Assembly (NCBI GenBank): GCA_034530875.2
Contig: JAVRCJ020000006.1
Location: forward strand, 32,001 to 96,000
Direction: 5' to 3'
DNA: 64,000 nucleotides
DNA from: Nostoc sp. DedSLP01
GTDB taxonomy: Bacteria > Cyanobacteriota > Cyanobacteriia > Cyanobacteriales > Nostocaceae
Each line of letters opens with the position of its first letter. The first letter of the stretch is position 1. The position numbers were made by a program, and so were the translations under genes. Below are positions 41,619 through 52,146 of the stretch, one piece after another. Under the pieces are notes generated by a model. The model saw only the letters and a list, made by a program, of their open reading frames with translations. It had not been told where the DNA came from and searched no databases.

Positions 41619-42506
41619 ATGGCGATCGCGCATTTACATCCTAATATGAACGTATCTAACAAATTCTGCTTTTGTACCTTAGCTGTGGGTGAGAGATATC
41701 GCACTCACGCACGGATGTTAGCTCAAGATATTCAGCAACACGCATATCCTACACCGCTATGCATTCTGACTGATAAGCCAGAGTATTTTCAGGAATTTCC
41801 TCACGTTCTGGCATTCAAGCACCGCCTGCAAAGTGTCAAAGGATATCACGATAAACGCTTCGTTCTGGAAAAAGCTCTTTCACTATTTGAGAGTTGCATG
41901 TTCTTAGATTCTGATGTCCGAATTCTTGGTACTGTAGTCCAAGAAATGAATTGGCTTAGTGGAATCACAGCTAGAGCTGGTTGCGATTTGGTGCAACATA
42001 TAAAAAATATTAAACATCCAAAAGAAATTCAAATTATAGAAGAAGTAGCTGCAAAACTAAATATTAATCTTCAACAAGTGCAGTGGTTCCATGAATTCAT
42101 GTTTGCTATGAAAAGACAGGGAGAATTAGATAAAAAGTTTTTTCAGCTTTGGCAGACGATTTCTTATTTATTTGAAATCCGAGGAATTTATCACGGTGAA
42201 GGTTATGCTATGGGGCTAGCTGCCGCTAAATTAGGAATGGCGATCGAATTTGACCGCGAAGATAAATTTCCCTTTTTTAAAGATAATATCGAGCGAGTAA
42301 GAATCAAAAAAGGACAATCTAATCTCCAGGAGAAACAAATATATTTTGACATTCACAAAAATATTGAATATCAAAAACGTCCAATTTTGCAAAAAACAAC
42401 CGATAAATTGATTAAAAAATTAGTGTTTTCTTATAGATTATTGCGATTAAGAAAGTTAGCCAAAAATGATGCTGATTTTAACAAGCTGTTTGGTGTAGGA
42501 ATATAG
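41619..42506 (+). CDS. Hypothetical protein, glycosyltransferase-like
   Basis: FCTLAVG..ILTDKP..KRFVL..FLDSD (DxD) pattern. Confidence 0.55.
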   Translation: MAIAHLHPNMNVSNKFCFCTLAVGERYRTHARMLAQDIQQHAYPTPLCILTDKPEYFQEFPHVLAFKHRLQSVKGYHDKRFVLEKALSLFESCMFLDSDVRILGTVVQEMNWLSGITARAGCDLVQHIKNIKHPKEIQIIEEVAAKLNINLQQVQWFHEFMFAMKRQGELDKKFFQLWQTISYLFEIRGIYHGEGYAMGLAAAKLGMAIEFDREDKFPFFKDNIERVRIKKGQSNLQEKQIYFDIHKNIEYQKRPILQKTTDKLIKKLVFSYRLLRLRKLAKNDADFNKLFGVGI

Positions 42507-42556
42507 ATTGTGGAATAGCGATCGCATTTAATTGGCTTGTTCTCAACCATTAGCGC

Positions 42557-42688
42557 TAATATCAAGTTCGCTCAATCACTTATAAATTCCGAAACACCCC
42601 ACCCGCGCTGCCGCGCACCCTCCCCAATGCCTTGGGGAGGGGTAACGCGAGAAATGCAATGATAACCAATCATCCGAACTTAATATTA
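42557..42688. mobile_element. MITE-like element with TA-bounded 14-bp inverted ends
   Basis: TAATATCAAGTTCG ... CGAACTTAATATTA (1 mismatch); internal CCCTCCCCAA/TTGGGGAGGG hairpin. Confidence 0.65.
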
Positions 42689-43059
42689 ATTCTTTACCTA
42701 GCTTGTTCGGTGGCTTTCTCTCCTGCCTTCATCAAGTGCAGTAAAACTGACGCCAAATAAAGTATTAAAAGCTACTCTTTTTGCTTATTTGTTCTGATTT
42801 TTAACAAGTATAATACTGTTAAATTTAGAGAGATAACTCTGTATTAACACTTAAATTATCAAAAGTCACAAAGGAAAATTATTAATTTAAAAGCGTTCTC
42901 TAGTGTTTGTTGTTTCTGCAACACAGGCACAAGAAGGCATTAGCTAGCTGCCATCGCAACTCGTAACAGTTTATGAAAATATATGTAATTTTGTCAGAAA
43001 AATTACATATCTCAATCTACATGGGCATCTTAAAAATACTTGTGTTACATGTAAAAACA

Positions 43060-46000
43060 ATGACAGCAGCTTTATCTGGTTATCAACTTCTAGAAACTCT
43101 TCACTCTGGCGCTAAAACTATCATTTATCGTGGACGACGAGAAATAGATAACACCTCAGTCATTGTTAAAACTCTTGTTGACGAACATCCGCTTTTAGAA
43201 GATATTGCGCGACTGCGGCATGAATATCAAATCATTGAACCACTGCAAATACCTGGAATTGTTAAAGCTTATGAGTTAAAGAATTATCAGCACGGACTAG
43301 CTTTAGTTTTAGAAGACATTCCAGGTTGCTTGCTCAAAGAAGTAATTGCCAATCAAACAACTAGTTTGATTACTTTCCTCAAGGTGGGTATTAATTTAGC
43401 ACAGACTTTAGGAGAGTTGCACGCGCAACAGATTATTCACAAAGATATTAAGCCACACAATATTCTCATTGACCCCGAATCTGGGGAAGTTAAACTGATT
43501 GATTTCAGTATTTCCTCGCGCCTGGATAAAGAAAATCCCACATTAAGTAATCCTAATTTACTCGAAGGTACGCTTGCTTATATGTCGCCCGAACAAACGG
43601 GCAGAATGAATCGAGCCATTGATTACCGCACTGATTTTTACTCCTTGGGTGTGACTTTGTATGAAATGCTAACGGGTACTTTGCCATTTCATACTACCGA
43701 CCCATTGGAATTGGTACACTGTCACATTGCCAAAATGCCGGCTGCACCTTGTAAACAAACTGTGTGCCGCGTTTTGGAAGATGTACCAGAGGCAATTTGT
43801 GCAATTATTCTCAAGCTGTTAGCAAAAACAGCAGAGGAGCGATATCAAAGTGCTTGGGGACTGAAAGCAGATTTAGAAGAATGTTTGTTTCAACTGCAAA
43901 CCACTGGCAAAATTGAAAACTTCATACCGGGAAGACGAGACAAATCTGGGCATTTTTTGATTCCCCAAAAGCTCTACGGACGGGAAGCAGAAGTGGCAAC
44001 ATTAATGGCTGCATTTGAGCGTGTGGCTTACCCTACTGAATCCTCCTTTGATAAGGGGGTAGAAATGATGCTGGTTTCCGGTTATTCGGGGATTGGTAAA
44101 ACTAGCGTTGTCAATGAAGTTCATAAACCAATTGTGGGCGCCAGAGGTTATTTCATTGCAGGCAAGTTCGACCAGTTCAAGCGCAATATTCCATACTCAT
44201 CTCTAATTCAGGCGTTTCAATCGTTAGTTAGGCAATTACTCACCGAAAGCGTTGCCCAAATCCAAGCGTGGAAACACAAGTTGTTAACTGCCTTGGGTGA
44301 GAACGGGCAAATTATTATCGATGTGATTCCAGAGGTGGAACTGATTATTGGCACTCAGCCACCCGTGACACAACTGGGTGCGGCTGAATCTCAAAATCGC
44401 TTTAATCGGGTCTTTGGGCAATTTATTGGAGTATTCACAACCGAAGACCATCCTTTAGTTGTGTTTCTTGATGATTTACAGTGGGCAGATTCGGCATCGC
44501 TGAATTTAATTGAGCTATTGATGATGGATAGCGATCGCTACGCTAGCCAAGGACAACGCCAATATCTATTATTAATCGGAGCATACCGGGATAACGAAGT
44601 TTCACCCACTCATCCACTGATGATGAGTTTGGATAAAATTCAAAAAGCAGGTGCGATGGTGAATAACATTGTCTTGTCACCGTTGCAGTTAACAGATGTA
44701 GAAGCTTTAGTTAGCGATACGTTGAATGATATAGAAAACACCAAACCACTAGCAGAATTACTGTTTTACAAAACTGGAGGTAACCCGTTCTTCTTAACGC
44801 AACTGCTGAAAACTCTACATCAGGAAGACTTGTTAACCTACGAATTCCATTCAGGAGTCTGGGAGTGGAATCTTGAACATATTCAGGCGATTGGTATTAC
44901 TGACCTGAATGTAGTTGAACTGACGGCAAGAAATATTCGCAAATTATCACTAGAAACGCAAAAAGTCTTAAAACTGGCTGCTTGTATTGGTAGTACATTT
45001 AACTTAGATGTATTGGCGATCGTTAACGAAGCATTATCTTTAACTACAGCAACACAATTGTGGTCGGCTCTGCAAGCTGGGTTAATTTTGCCGTTAACTC
45101 AAGATTACAAAATTCCTTTAGTGTTTGGTCAGGAAGAATCTAGCAAAATTAATTTAACAGATGTCAAAGTTGACTACAAGTTTTTACACGACCGAGTGCA
45201 GCAAGCGGCATATTCTTTGATTCCCGATGCAGAGAAAAAAGCAACCCACCTCAAAATCGGTCAATTATTGCTACAAAATACAACACCAGAAGAACGCAAA
45301 GAAAATGTCTTTGCTCTAGTCAATCAGCTAAATTATGGTATTGACTTACTAACAACTGAAACAGAAAAATACGAACTAGCCCAACTTAACCTCATAGCTG
45401 GTCAGAAAGCTAAAGCCGCAACAGCCCACGATTCTGCGGTCAAATATTTGCAAGTAGCTTTGCAATTGCTAGTAGTTTCTAGTTGGGAAAGTCACTATCA
45501 ATTAACATTAACCATTTATGAAGAAGCAGCAGAAGCAGCATTTTTAAACGGTGATTTTGATGAAATGCAAAAGTTTGTTGCGGTAGTGCAAAACCACGCT
45601 GTCTCGCTATTGGACAAGGTGAAGGTATACGAAATCCAGATTCAAGCTTACACAGTGCAGAATCAACTGATGGCTGCGCTGAGTACGGGGCTACAAGCCT
45701 TAAAGCTCTTGGGAGTGGAGTTTCCTAATACACCAACCCCATCAGATATTGGTCAAGCACTGGGGGAAACTGTATCAATTTTAAATGGCAGACCAATTAA
45801 AGATTTGCTCGAGCTACCTTTAATGAGCGATCCTTATGCGCTAACAGTTATCCGATTACTGTCACACATTAGCCCTGCCACATATATGGCTATGCCGGAA
45901 CTATTGCCTTTATTGATATGTAAACAAATCAATATATCCGTTCAACATGGCAATGCTCCTTTATCTGCCTTTGCATATAGCTTATATGGTTGTATTCTCT

Positions 46001-48564
46001 GTGGGGTAGTAGGAGATTTAGATTCGGGTTATGAGTTCGGCCAATTGTCTATAAGCCTTGTATCAAAGCTGAATGCTAAAGAATTAAAAGCCAAGAATGA
46101 TGTAAATGTGAATATTGCAATGCGACATTGGAAAGAGCATCTAAAAGAAAGCTTACAACCTTTGTTGTCATGTTATACTTGCGGGCTGGAGACAGGGGAT
46201 TTACAATTTGCCGCCTATGGCTTGTATATATACAGCGCTCACGCATATTTATGTGGCAAAGAACTGTCTGGGCTGGAACGAGAAATGCCTACCTACAGGA
46301 ATGCAATTAATCTCGTCAAACAAGAAACGGCACTTGCTTATCAAGAAATGTTCTGGCAGGCTATCCTCAACATGATGGTAAGGGTGGAAAATCCCTGCCT
46401 TCTTCAGGGTAATGCCTACGACGAACAAAAGATGCTGCCAATGCATCAGCAAAACAAAGACTACATGGCAATTCATTATTTATATTTGCACAAAATGATG
46501 CTTTGTTATGTGTTTGAAAAATATTCAGAAGCATTTGAAAATAGTGCTTTAGCAGAGAGTTATTTGAGTGCTGCACCAGGACAGATAACTATTGCAATTT
46601 TCTATTTTTATGATTCTTTGGTGCAGTTGGCAGTGTATCAAGATACGGTTGAGTCAGAGCAAAACAGTATTCTGGTTAAAGTTAAAACGAATCAAGAAAA
46701 AATGCAAAAATGGGCGCATCATGCGCCAATGAATTTCTTGCACAAATTTTATTTAGTAGAGGCAGAACGGCATCGAGTTTTAGGCGAAAAACTAGAAGCG
46801 ATTGAGATGTACGATAAAGCGATCGCACTTGCTAAAGAAAACGAATACATCAACGAAGAAGCACTAGCACACGAACTTGCAGCTAAGTTTTATCTGTCAT
46901 GGAACAAACAAAGCATTGCCCAAACTTACATGACTAATGCTTATTATGCATATATTCATTGGGGAGCAACTGCTAAAGTCAAAGATTTAGAATCAAAATA
47001 CCCGCAATTAATTACCCGAGCTTCAAACACACAAAAGCTAGAAACAAATTTCAAAGAAGCAACTCAAACTAGTTCTACTACTACCGGAGGTTCTCATCTT
47101 CTTGACTTAATGACAGTGATGAAAGCTTCACAAGTGCTATCAGAAGAAATGATGGTAACTCGCTTGCTCGAAAAGATGTTGAAAATTGGCATCGAAAATG
47201 CTGGTGCTGTTCAAGGTTACTTTATTGTCAAGCACGAGAATCAATGGCTGCTAGAAGCCGCAGGGATGGTTGTAGGGAAAGAAGTTAGGGTTGTTGTTAA
47301 CTCAAAGGATGAAACCAATTCACCTTTACTGCCAGTTGCTTTATTCAACTATGTCGAGAGAACCAGAGAAAACCTTGTTTTAGAAGATGCTGTAAAAGAC
47401 TCTTGCTTTGGCACTGATGCTTATATTGCTGCTCATCAGTCTAAATCGATTTTATGTTTGCCGCTAATTCATTCTGGCAAGTTTACTAGTATTCTTTACT
47501 TAGAAAATAATTTGATTGCTGGTGCTTTTACCCCAGAACGAATAAACGTGCTGAGTTTATTGACGGTACAAATTTCCATCGCCATTGATAACGCTCGTCT
47601 TTATACCAATTTGCAAACTTATTCGCAAGAACTCGAAGTTAAAAACGCAGCTTTGCAAGCATCGGAAACGCGAGAGCGAGAGAAGGCCGAACAACTGCAA
47701 CAATATTTGGACAAACTACAAAAAACCCAGGCTCAACTCGTACAAACTGAGAAAATGTCCAGCTTAGGACAACTGGTAGCTGGCGTTGCTCACGAAATCA
47801 ACAACCCGGTTAATTTTATCTTTGGCAACCTCAACCACGCTAACGAATACACCCAAGATGTGCTGCGACTGTTGGAACTCTACCAAAAACATTACCCATC
47901 TCCTCATCCTGAAATTGAAGAAGAAGCTGAGTCTATCGATTTACAATTTCTGCTAGAAGACTTGCCCAAGCTATTATCCTCGATGCGAGTAGGCGCAGAC
48001 CGAATTCGTAATATTGTTGCTTCTCTGCGAACCTTCTCGCGTATGGATGAAGCCGAGAGAAAAGCTGTGAATATTCATGACGGTATTGACAGTACCGTGA
48101 TGATTCTGCAACATCGTCTGAAAGGTAAGTCAGAACATCCAGCCATTGAGATTGTCAAAAATTATGGCGGCCTGCCCTTAGTGGAGTGTTATGCAGGAGA
48201 ATTAAATCAGGTGTTTATGAATGTTTTGAGTAATGCGATCGATGCTTTAGAAGAGTCATTAGTGAAGAATCCAGAAAAAATGACTAGCCCAAGCATTACT
48301 ATTTACACTGCAAAAGTGAATGGTCATGAAGTTGAAATCCGCATTGCAGATAACGGTTTAGGTATGCCCGAGTCGGTTCGACAACGCCTGTTCGATCCTT
48401 TCTTTACTACAAAACCTGTAGGTAAAGGCACAGGTATGGGCTTATCTATTAGCTATCAAATTATCACTGAAAAACATGGCGGTTCGCTTTCTTGTAATTC
48501 ACAACTAGGTCAGGGTGCAGAGTTTATTATCCGTATTCCAGTTTCATTGGAAGGCAGCACTTGA
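43060..48564 (+). CDS. Hybrid Ser/Thr kinase - AAA ATPase - GAF - histidine kinase (HstK type)
   Basis: HKDIKPHN, IDFSIS, GYSGIGKT, LDDLQWAD, GAF region, AHEINNP, QVFMN, DNGLG, GTGMGL. Confidence 0.93.
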   Translation: MTAALSGYQLLETLHSGAKTIIYRGRREIDNTSVIVKTLVDEHPLLEDIARLRHEYQIIEPLQIPGIVKAYELKNYQHGLALVLEDIPGCLLKEVIANQTTSLITFLKVGINLAQTLGELHAQQIIHKDIKPHNILIDPESGEVKLIDFSISSRLDKENPTLSNPNLLEGTLAYMSPEQTGRMNRAIDYRTDFYSLGVTLYEMLTGTLPFHTTDPLELVHCHIAKMPAAPCKQTVCRVLEDVPEAICAIILKLLAKTAEERYQSAWGLKADLEECLFQLQTTGKIENFIPGRRDKSGHFLIPQKLYGREAEVATLMAAFERVAYPTESSFDKGVEMMLVSGYSGIGKTSVVNEVHKPIVGARGYFIAGKFDQFKRNIPYSSLIQAFQSLVRQLLTESVAQIQAWKHKLLTALGENGQIIIDVIPEVELIIGTQPPVTQLGAAESQNRFNRVFGQFIGVFTTEDHPLVVFLDDLQWADSASLNLIELLMMDSDRYASQGQRQYLLLIGAYRDNEVSPTHPLMMSLDKIQKAGAMVNNIVLSPLQLTDVEALVSDTLNDIENTKPLAELLFYKTGGNPFFLTQLLKTLHQEDLLTYEFHSGVWEWNLEHIQAIGITDLNVVELTARNIRKLSLETQKVLKLAACIGSTFNLDVLAIVNEALSLTTATQLWSALQAGLILPLTQDYKIPLVFGQEESSKINLTDVKVDYKFLHDRVQQAAYSLIPDAEKKATHLKIGQLLLQNTTPEERKENVFALVNQLNYGIDLLTTETEKYELAQLNLIAGQKAKAATAHDSAVKYLQVALQLLVVSSWESHYQLTLTIYEEAAEAAFLNGDFDEMQKFVAVVQNHAVSLLDKVKVYEIQIQAYTVQNQLMAALSTGLQALKLLGVEFPNTPTPSDIGQALGETVSILNGRPIKDLLELPLMSDPYALTVIRLLSHISPATYMAMPELLPLLICKQINISVQHGNAPLSAFAYSLYGCILCGVVGDLDSGYEFGQLSISLVSKLNAKELKAKNDVNVNIAMRHWKEHLKESLQPLLSCYTCGLETGDLQFAAYGLYIYSAHAYLCGKELSGLEREMPTYRNAINLVKQETALAYQEMFWQAILNMMVRVENPCLLQGNAYDEQKMLPMHQQNKDYMAIHYLYLHKMMLCYVFEKYSEAFENSALAESYLSAAPGQITIAIFYFYDSLVQLAVYQDTVESEQNSILVKVKTNQEKMQKWAHHAPMNFLHKFYLVEAERHRVLGEKLEAIEMYDKAIALAKENEYINEEALAHELAAKFYLSWNKQSIAQTYMTNAYYAYIHWGATAKVKDLESKYPQLITRASNTQKLETNFKEATQTSSTTTGGSHLLDLMTVMKASQVLSEEMMVTRLLEKMLKIGIENAGAVQGYFIVKHENQWLLEAAGMVVGKEVRVVVNSKDETNSPLLPVALFNYVERTRENLVLEDAVKDSCFGTDAYIAAHQSKSILCLPLIHSGKFTSILYLENNLIAGAFTPERINVLSLLTVQISIAIDNARLYTNLQTYSQELEVKNAALQASETREREKAEQLQQYLDKLQKTQAQLVQTEKMSSLGQLVAGVAHEINNPVNFIFGNLNHANEYTQDVLRLLELYQKHYPSPHPEIEEEAESIDLQFLLEDLPKLLSSMRVGADRIRNIVASLRTFSRMDEAERKAVNIHDGIDSTVMILQHRLKGKSEHPAIEIVKNYGGLPLVECYAGELNQVFMNVLSNAIDALEESLVKNPEKMTSPSITIYTAKVNGHEVEIRIADNGLGMPESVRQRLFDPFFTTKPVGKGTGMGLSISYQIITEKHGGSLSCNSQLGQGAEFIIRIPVSLEGST

Positions 48565-48584
48565 TAAGTTAACCTAGCGAAATT

Positions 48585-48840
48585 ATACCAATTCGCAATT
48601 CGCAATTAAAAAACTTAGATGCAGCAAAGCTTTCAGCGTTTACATCTGTATCAGATTTTTTGTGAAATGGTATTACAGCCTATTTCAAGTAAATAAATTA
48701 CACGCGTAGAGGCACAACATGTTGTGCCCCTACAATTATCTTTACCTCATTCATTTAGAATCTTTTGTAATACCAATTCAGTGAAGAAGGCAGAAGGGAA
48801 TTCTGATTCCTGCCCCCTGCCTTCTGCCTCCTACTTATCT
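48585..48840. repeat. Pile-up of miniature repeats (ATACCA-ended mini element, GTAG-REP at 48706-48733, heptamer arms)
   Basis: ATACCAATTC..GAAATGGTAT (48585-48673); GTAGAGGCACAACATGTTGTGCCCCTAC; GAAGGCAGAAG/CTTCTGCC. Confidence 0.6.
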
Positions 48841-48934
48841 GATGCTTGCTGTGCAACATTTTTCAAGCGGCTCGATCGCATTTTGCGGAGGCGATTGCCA
48901 TAATGGTGCAAAAAACATACCCAATAAGAGAAAA

Positions 48935-49024
48935 ATGCCAGCAATTGTTAAACTACAACTCTCCTTAGAAGTTTTAGCACAAGCAATATCTTCTCTTGAT
49001 TTAACAGAAAAAAGAAACAGTTAA
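48935..49024 (+). pseudogene. Truncated small-protein remnant (29 codons)
   Basis: MPAIVKLQLSLEVLAQAISSLDLTEK resembles the N-terminus of a small cyanobacterial protein family; KQLIEI continues in another frame across an A run. Confidence 0.4.
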
Positions 49025-49031
49025 TTGAGAT

Positions 49032-49823
49032 ATGCTCAAAGGAAATGCGATCGCTTGTCCTCTTTGTCGCCAGCCTCTAGCCGAAACACCACAGCAGTGC
49101 GATGCTTGCCACAATTACTTCCAAAACGAACTCCAAAAAATGCCTTCATCGCTGATGGATTTAACACCTGAAGCATCATATAAACACATAAAAGTCAATA
49201 CCATTCAAGCAAAACCTTTACGCACAGAATTATTTCGCTCTCCTGTAATTTCTTTTTTCTATGAACGCGTCTTACCGCCAATTTGGGCCGCAGGATTACG
49301 TAATTTTGGCGGTATTGATTTAGAGTTTGCTCAGTGTAGAGAATTTTTTGGTGAAAATCCGGGAATCGTAGCAGATATAAGTTGTGGTACGGGCATTATG
49401 GCACGACGCTTAGCACTTTTAGACAAGTGCAAGCAGGTTATTGCTGTAGATTATTCGGAGTCAATGCTGTCACAGCTGCAACAGCAAATGAAATTAGATG
49501 GTATATCGCCATCTCAGATAATTATCATTCGTGGCGATGTCGAAGCACTACCCTTAGCATCAGATTCTATAAATGCCATTTATGCTGGAGCTGCAATGCA
49601 TTGCTGGCCTAATGCTGAAGAAGGAATTCGCAACATTTACCGGGTGTTGCGTAGCGGCGGCAAATTGTTTGCGACTACTTTTCTCAAGCCATTTCCAAGC
49701 ATTATTTTTCGGTTCTTTTCTGTAGGCGAACTGCGGCATATTTTAATTACAGCAGGCTTCAATCCAGACTGCATACAAGTTGAAGCTCGTGGACTTTATG
49801 GAATTATTCGATGTATTAAGTAG
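49032..49823 (+). CDS. Class I SAM methyltransferase with N-terminal Zn-ribbon
   Basis: CPLC/CDAC, DISCGTG, GDVEALPL, GAAMHCWP, RVLRSGG. Confidence 0.88.
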   Translation: MLKGNAIACPLCRQPLAETPQQCDACHNYFQNELQKMPSSLMDLTPEASYKHIKVNTIQAKPLRTELFRSPVISFFYERVLPPIWAAGLRNFGGIDLEFAQCREFFGENPGIVADISCGTGIMARRLALLDKCKQVIAVDYSESMLSQLQQQMKLDGISPSQIIIIRGDVEALPLASDSINAIYAGAAMHCWPNAEEGIRNIYRVLRSGGKLFATTFLKPFPSIIFRFFSVGELRHILITAGFNPDCIQVEARGLYGIIRCIK

Positions 49824-49893
49824 TCATTAGTCATTGGTCATTGGTCATTAGTTATTAGTTATTAGTTCAAAATCAATGCCCCATATCCAACAT

Positions 49894-50796
49894 CTAATGA
49901 GCAATGGCTAATACTAGACCTTCATGGGCGAGTAATGCGTTGGGAAAGGCGGATTTTACATCGACTTGAACTTTATCCAGAAAATCATCATGGTCATCTG
50001 GATGGTGATGAGAGATAACTAACCGTCGGACGCCAGCAGCCTGAGCCACATTCACAGCAACTTGCCAAAGTAAGTCAGCAGAGTCATGGTTGTGAGATGT
50101 TGGCGGAGTGTAGGTGGCATTAGCAATTAACAAGTCAGCGCCTTGAACGAACTGTAAAATTCGCTCTAACTCTACTTGCTCTGCATTTTGGTTCAAATCT
50201 GTGACGTAAGCAACACTATATTCGCGCCAAGTAACTCGGTAGCCAATTGACCGCTGAGTTTGATTGATTAATGCAGTTGTAATAATTACATCATCTAGCT
50301 TTACATCGCTGTCTGGAGTGAGATTGTAAAACTGTAATTCCGACTGCATTACTTGCAAAGGGTAAGGAAAGTGCGGCTGGAGCATCTGGTCGCACAGACA
50401 TTGTTTAATCGAGGCGCTATTTGAGGCAGCTGTGCCGTAAATATGGAAGCAATTTCCGGCAATAAATGCGGGGGCAAAAAAAGGAAATCCTTGAATCCGG
50501 TTTGATTGGGAATTGGTAAAAAATAAATAAGCTTCTATTGGTTCTTGTATTTCTTGCCAAGTTTTACCCAGTATGCGTAAGCCAGTACCGCCATCAAAAA
50601 TTAAGCGTTTCCCGCCTACGTGCATTTCTACACAAGCGGTATTACCCCCGTAACGGCTGGTTTTCTCGCTGGGAGTGGGAATCAAACCCCTTACACCCCA
50701 GAATTGCACTCTAAACTGACCTGCTGGACTACTGAGCAGGTTAACTGATTTTTCAGGTATATAACTCTGGGAACCCGACAACTCAAAATTTGACAT
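49894..50796 (-). CDS. MBL-fold metallo-hydrolase-like protein with degenerate metal motif
   Basis: FWGVRGLIPTP..YGGNTACV..DGGTG; TNSQSNR replaces THxHxDH; C-terminal HHHP. Confidence 0.85.
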   Translation of the reverse strand: MSNFELSGSQSYIPEKSVNLLSSPAGQFRVQFWGVRGLIPTPSEKTSRYGGNTACVEMHVGGKRLIFDGGTGLRILGKTWQEIQEPIEAYLFFTNSQSNRIQGFPFFAPAFIAGNCFHIYGTAASNSASIKQCLCDQMLQPHFPYPLQVMQSELQFYNLTPDSDVKLDDVIITTALINQTQRSIGYRVTWREYSVAYVTDLNQNAEQVELERILQFVQGADLLIANATYTPPTSHNHDSADLLWQVAVNVAQAAGVRRLVISHHHPDDHDDFLDKVQVDVKSAFPNALLAHEGLVLAIAH

Positions 50797-50807
50797 TTTT
50801 TTTGGAA

Positions 50808-51191
50808 TTAGACCTTAGCGAGCAGGTCGTCGTAGCGCCGCACTTCTAAGAGCCGATTGTTTTCGTCTACAATGACTACTGTAGGAGAGTAGCTTTTTAA
50901 CTCCTCTGGAGTGAACTGCCCGTAAGTCATTATAATCAAGCGATCGCCAATAATGCCTAGACGTGCCGCAGCCCCATTTAATTCAATGATTCCTGAATGC
51001 GCTGGAGCCGGGATTGCATAAGTAATAAAGCGCTCGCCATTGGCATTATTCACTACTTGCACTTGCTCATAAGGCAAGATGCCAGCTTTTTCGAGCAGGA
51101 CTTTATCGATACTGATACTACCCACATAGTTGATATTCGCCCCAGTCAGGGTGCAGTTGTGAATTTTTGCCAAAAGGAGAGTGCGCTGCAT
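50808..51191 (-). CDS. panD: Aspartate 1-decarboxylase
   Basis: [19 protein letters not shown] (Gly-Ser cleavage site), [15 protein letters not shown]. Confidence 0.96.
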   Translation of the reverse strand: MQRTLLLAKIHNCTLTGANINYVGSISIDKVLLEKAGILPYEQVQVVNNANGERFITYAIPAPAHSGIIELNGAAARLGIIGDRLIIMTYGQFTPEELKSYSPTVVIVDENNRLLEVRRYDDLLAKV

Positions 51192-51311
51192 TTGGATTTG
51201 AAGTTGGTGGCAATTTTTGAAACCGTAACAAGTGAAAGTTGTCAAAAGTTAAGAGTTAGGAATAAAAATTCATAACTCTTAACTCCTAACTGTGAACTTA
51301 TAACTCTTATA

Positions 51312-51824
51312 TTATGCTTTATAAGCTCTGACGGATTTTTCTACTAAAGCTGCAACCTTATCTACATCTTGCCAACCGAGAATTTCAGTCACCTTTTTTT
51401 CCAAATTTTTGTAACTACGGAAAAATTCAGCAATTTCATCCAAACGGTGTGGCGCTATGTCTTTGAGGGATTTGACTTGAGCGTAACGCGGATCTTTGTC
51501 TGGAACACAAAGAATTTTTTCATCGCGATCGCCTCCGTCAATCATCTCCAAAAAGCCGATTGGCCGTGCAGCAATAATACAGCCGGGAAAGGTTGGCTCA
51601 TCAATAAGCACCATTCCATCTAGGGGATCGCCATCATCAGCCAAAGTATTCGGTACAAAGCCGTAGTCATAAGGATATTTTACCGACGAATAAAGTACTC
51701 GGTCTAAAGCAAAAGCTTCTAGCTCCTTGTCATATTCGTATTTATTTTTACTTCCGCCTGTAATTTCAATCAGAACGTTGATTAGACCTGGTTTTGGTTG
51801 GGCAGGAATACGAGATAAATCCAC
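51312..51824 (-). CDS. ppa: Inorganic pyrophosphatase
   Basis: [40 protein letters not shown]. Confidence 0.97.
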   Translation of the reverse strand: MDLSRIPAQPKPGLINVLIEITGGSKNKYEYDKELEAFALDRVLYSSVKYPYDYGFVPNTLADDGDPLDGMVLIDEPTFPGCIIAARPIGFLEMIDGGDRDEKILCVPDKDPRYAQVKSLKDIAPHRLDEIAEFFRSYKNLEKKVTEILGWQDVDKVAALVEKSVRAYKA

Positions 51825-52003
51825 AAAAAGCTCCTCTGATAACAGTCGATCGTGGGGGCACTCAGATTCGCTCCCCGTGTAGAATTTTAGGGCAATATGG
51901 ATCTCTTCCCAAGAGATTGGGCTTTGGAAGAGGGGGAGGGGCGGAGGGAGCAGAGGAAGCAGGGGAGAAAAACTAATGACTAATGCCCTTAGTTAGCAAA
52001 AAA

Positions 52004-52044
52004 TGAAAAAAGCGTTGCGAGGAAACTTCGCAACGCTTTTTTCA
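52004..52044 (-). terminator. Strong, potentially bidirectional intrinsic terminator
   Basis: TGAAAAAAGCGTTGCGA-N7-TCGCAACGCTTTTTTCA, 17-bp perfect arms. Confidence 0.85.
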
Positions 52045-52146
52045 AGGGGATAGTATGGAGCTAGGGTTTAGAACGCTTGAACAAAACAAATCTGAGCTAA
52101 ACAGTGTTTGACATTGCCTGCATTGTTGGGAACTGCATTCTGTTTG

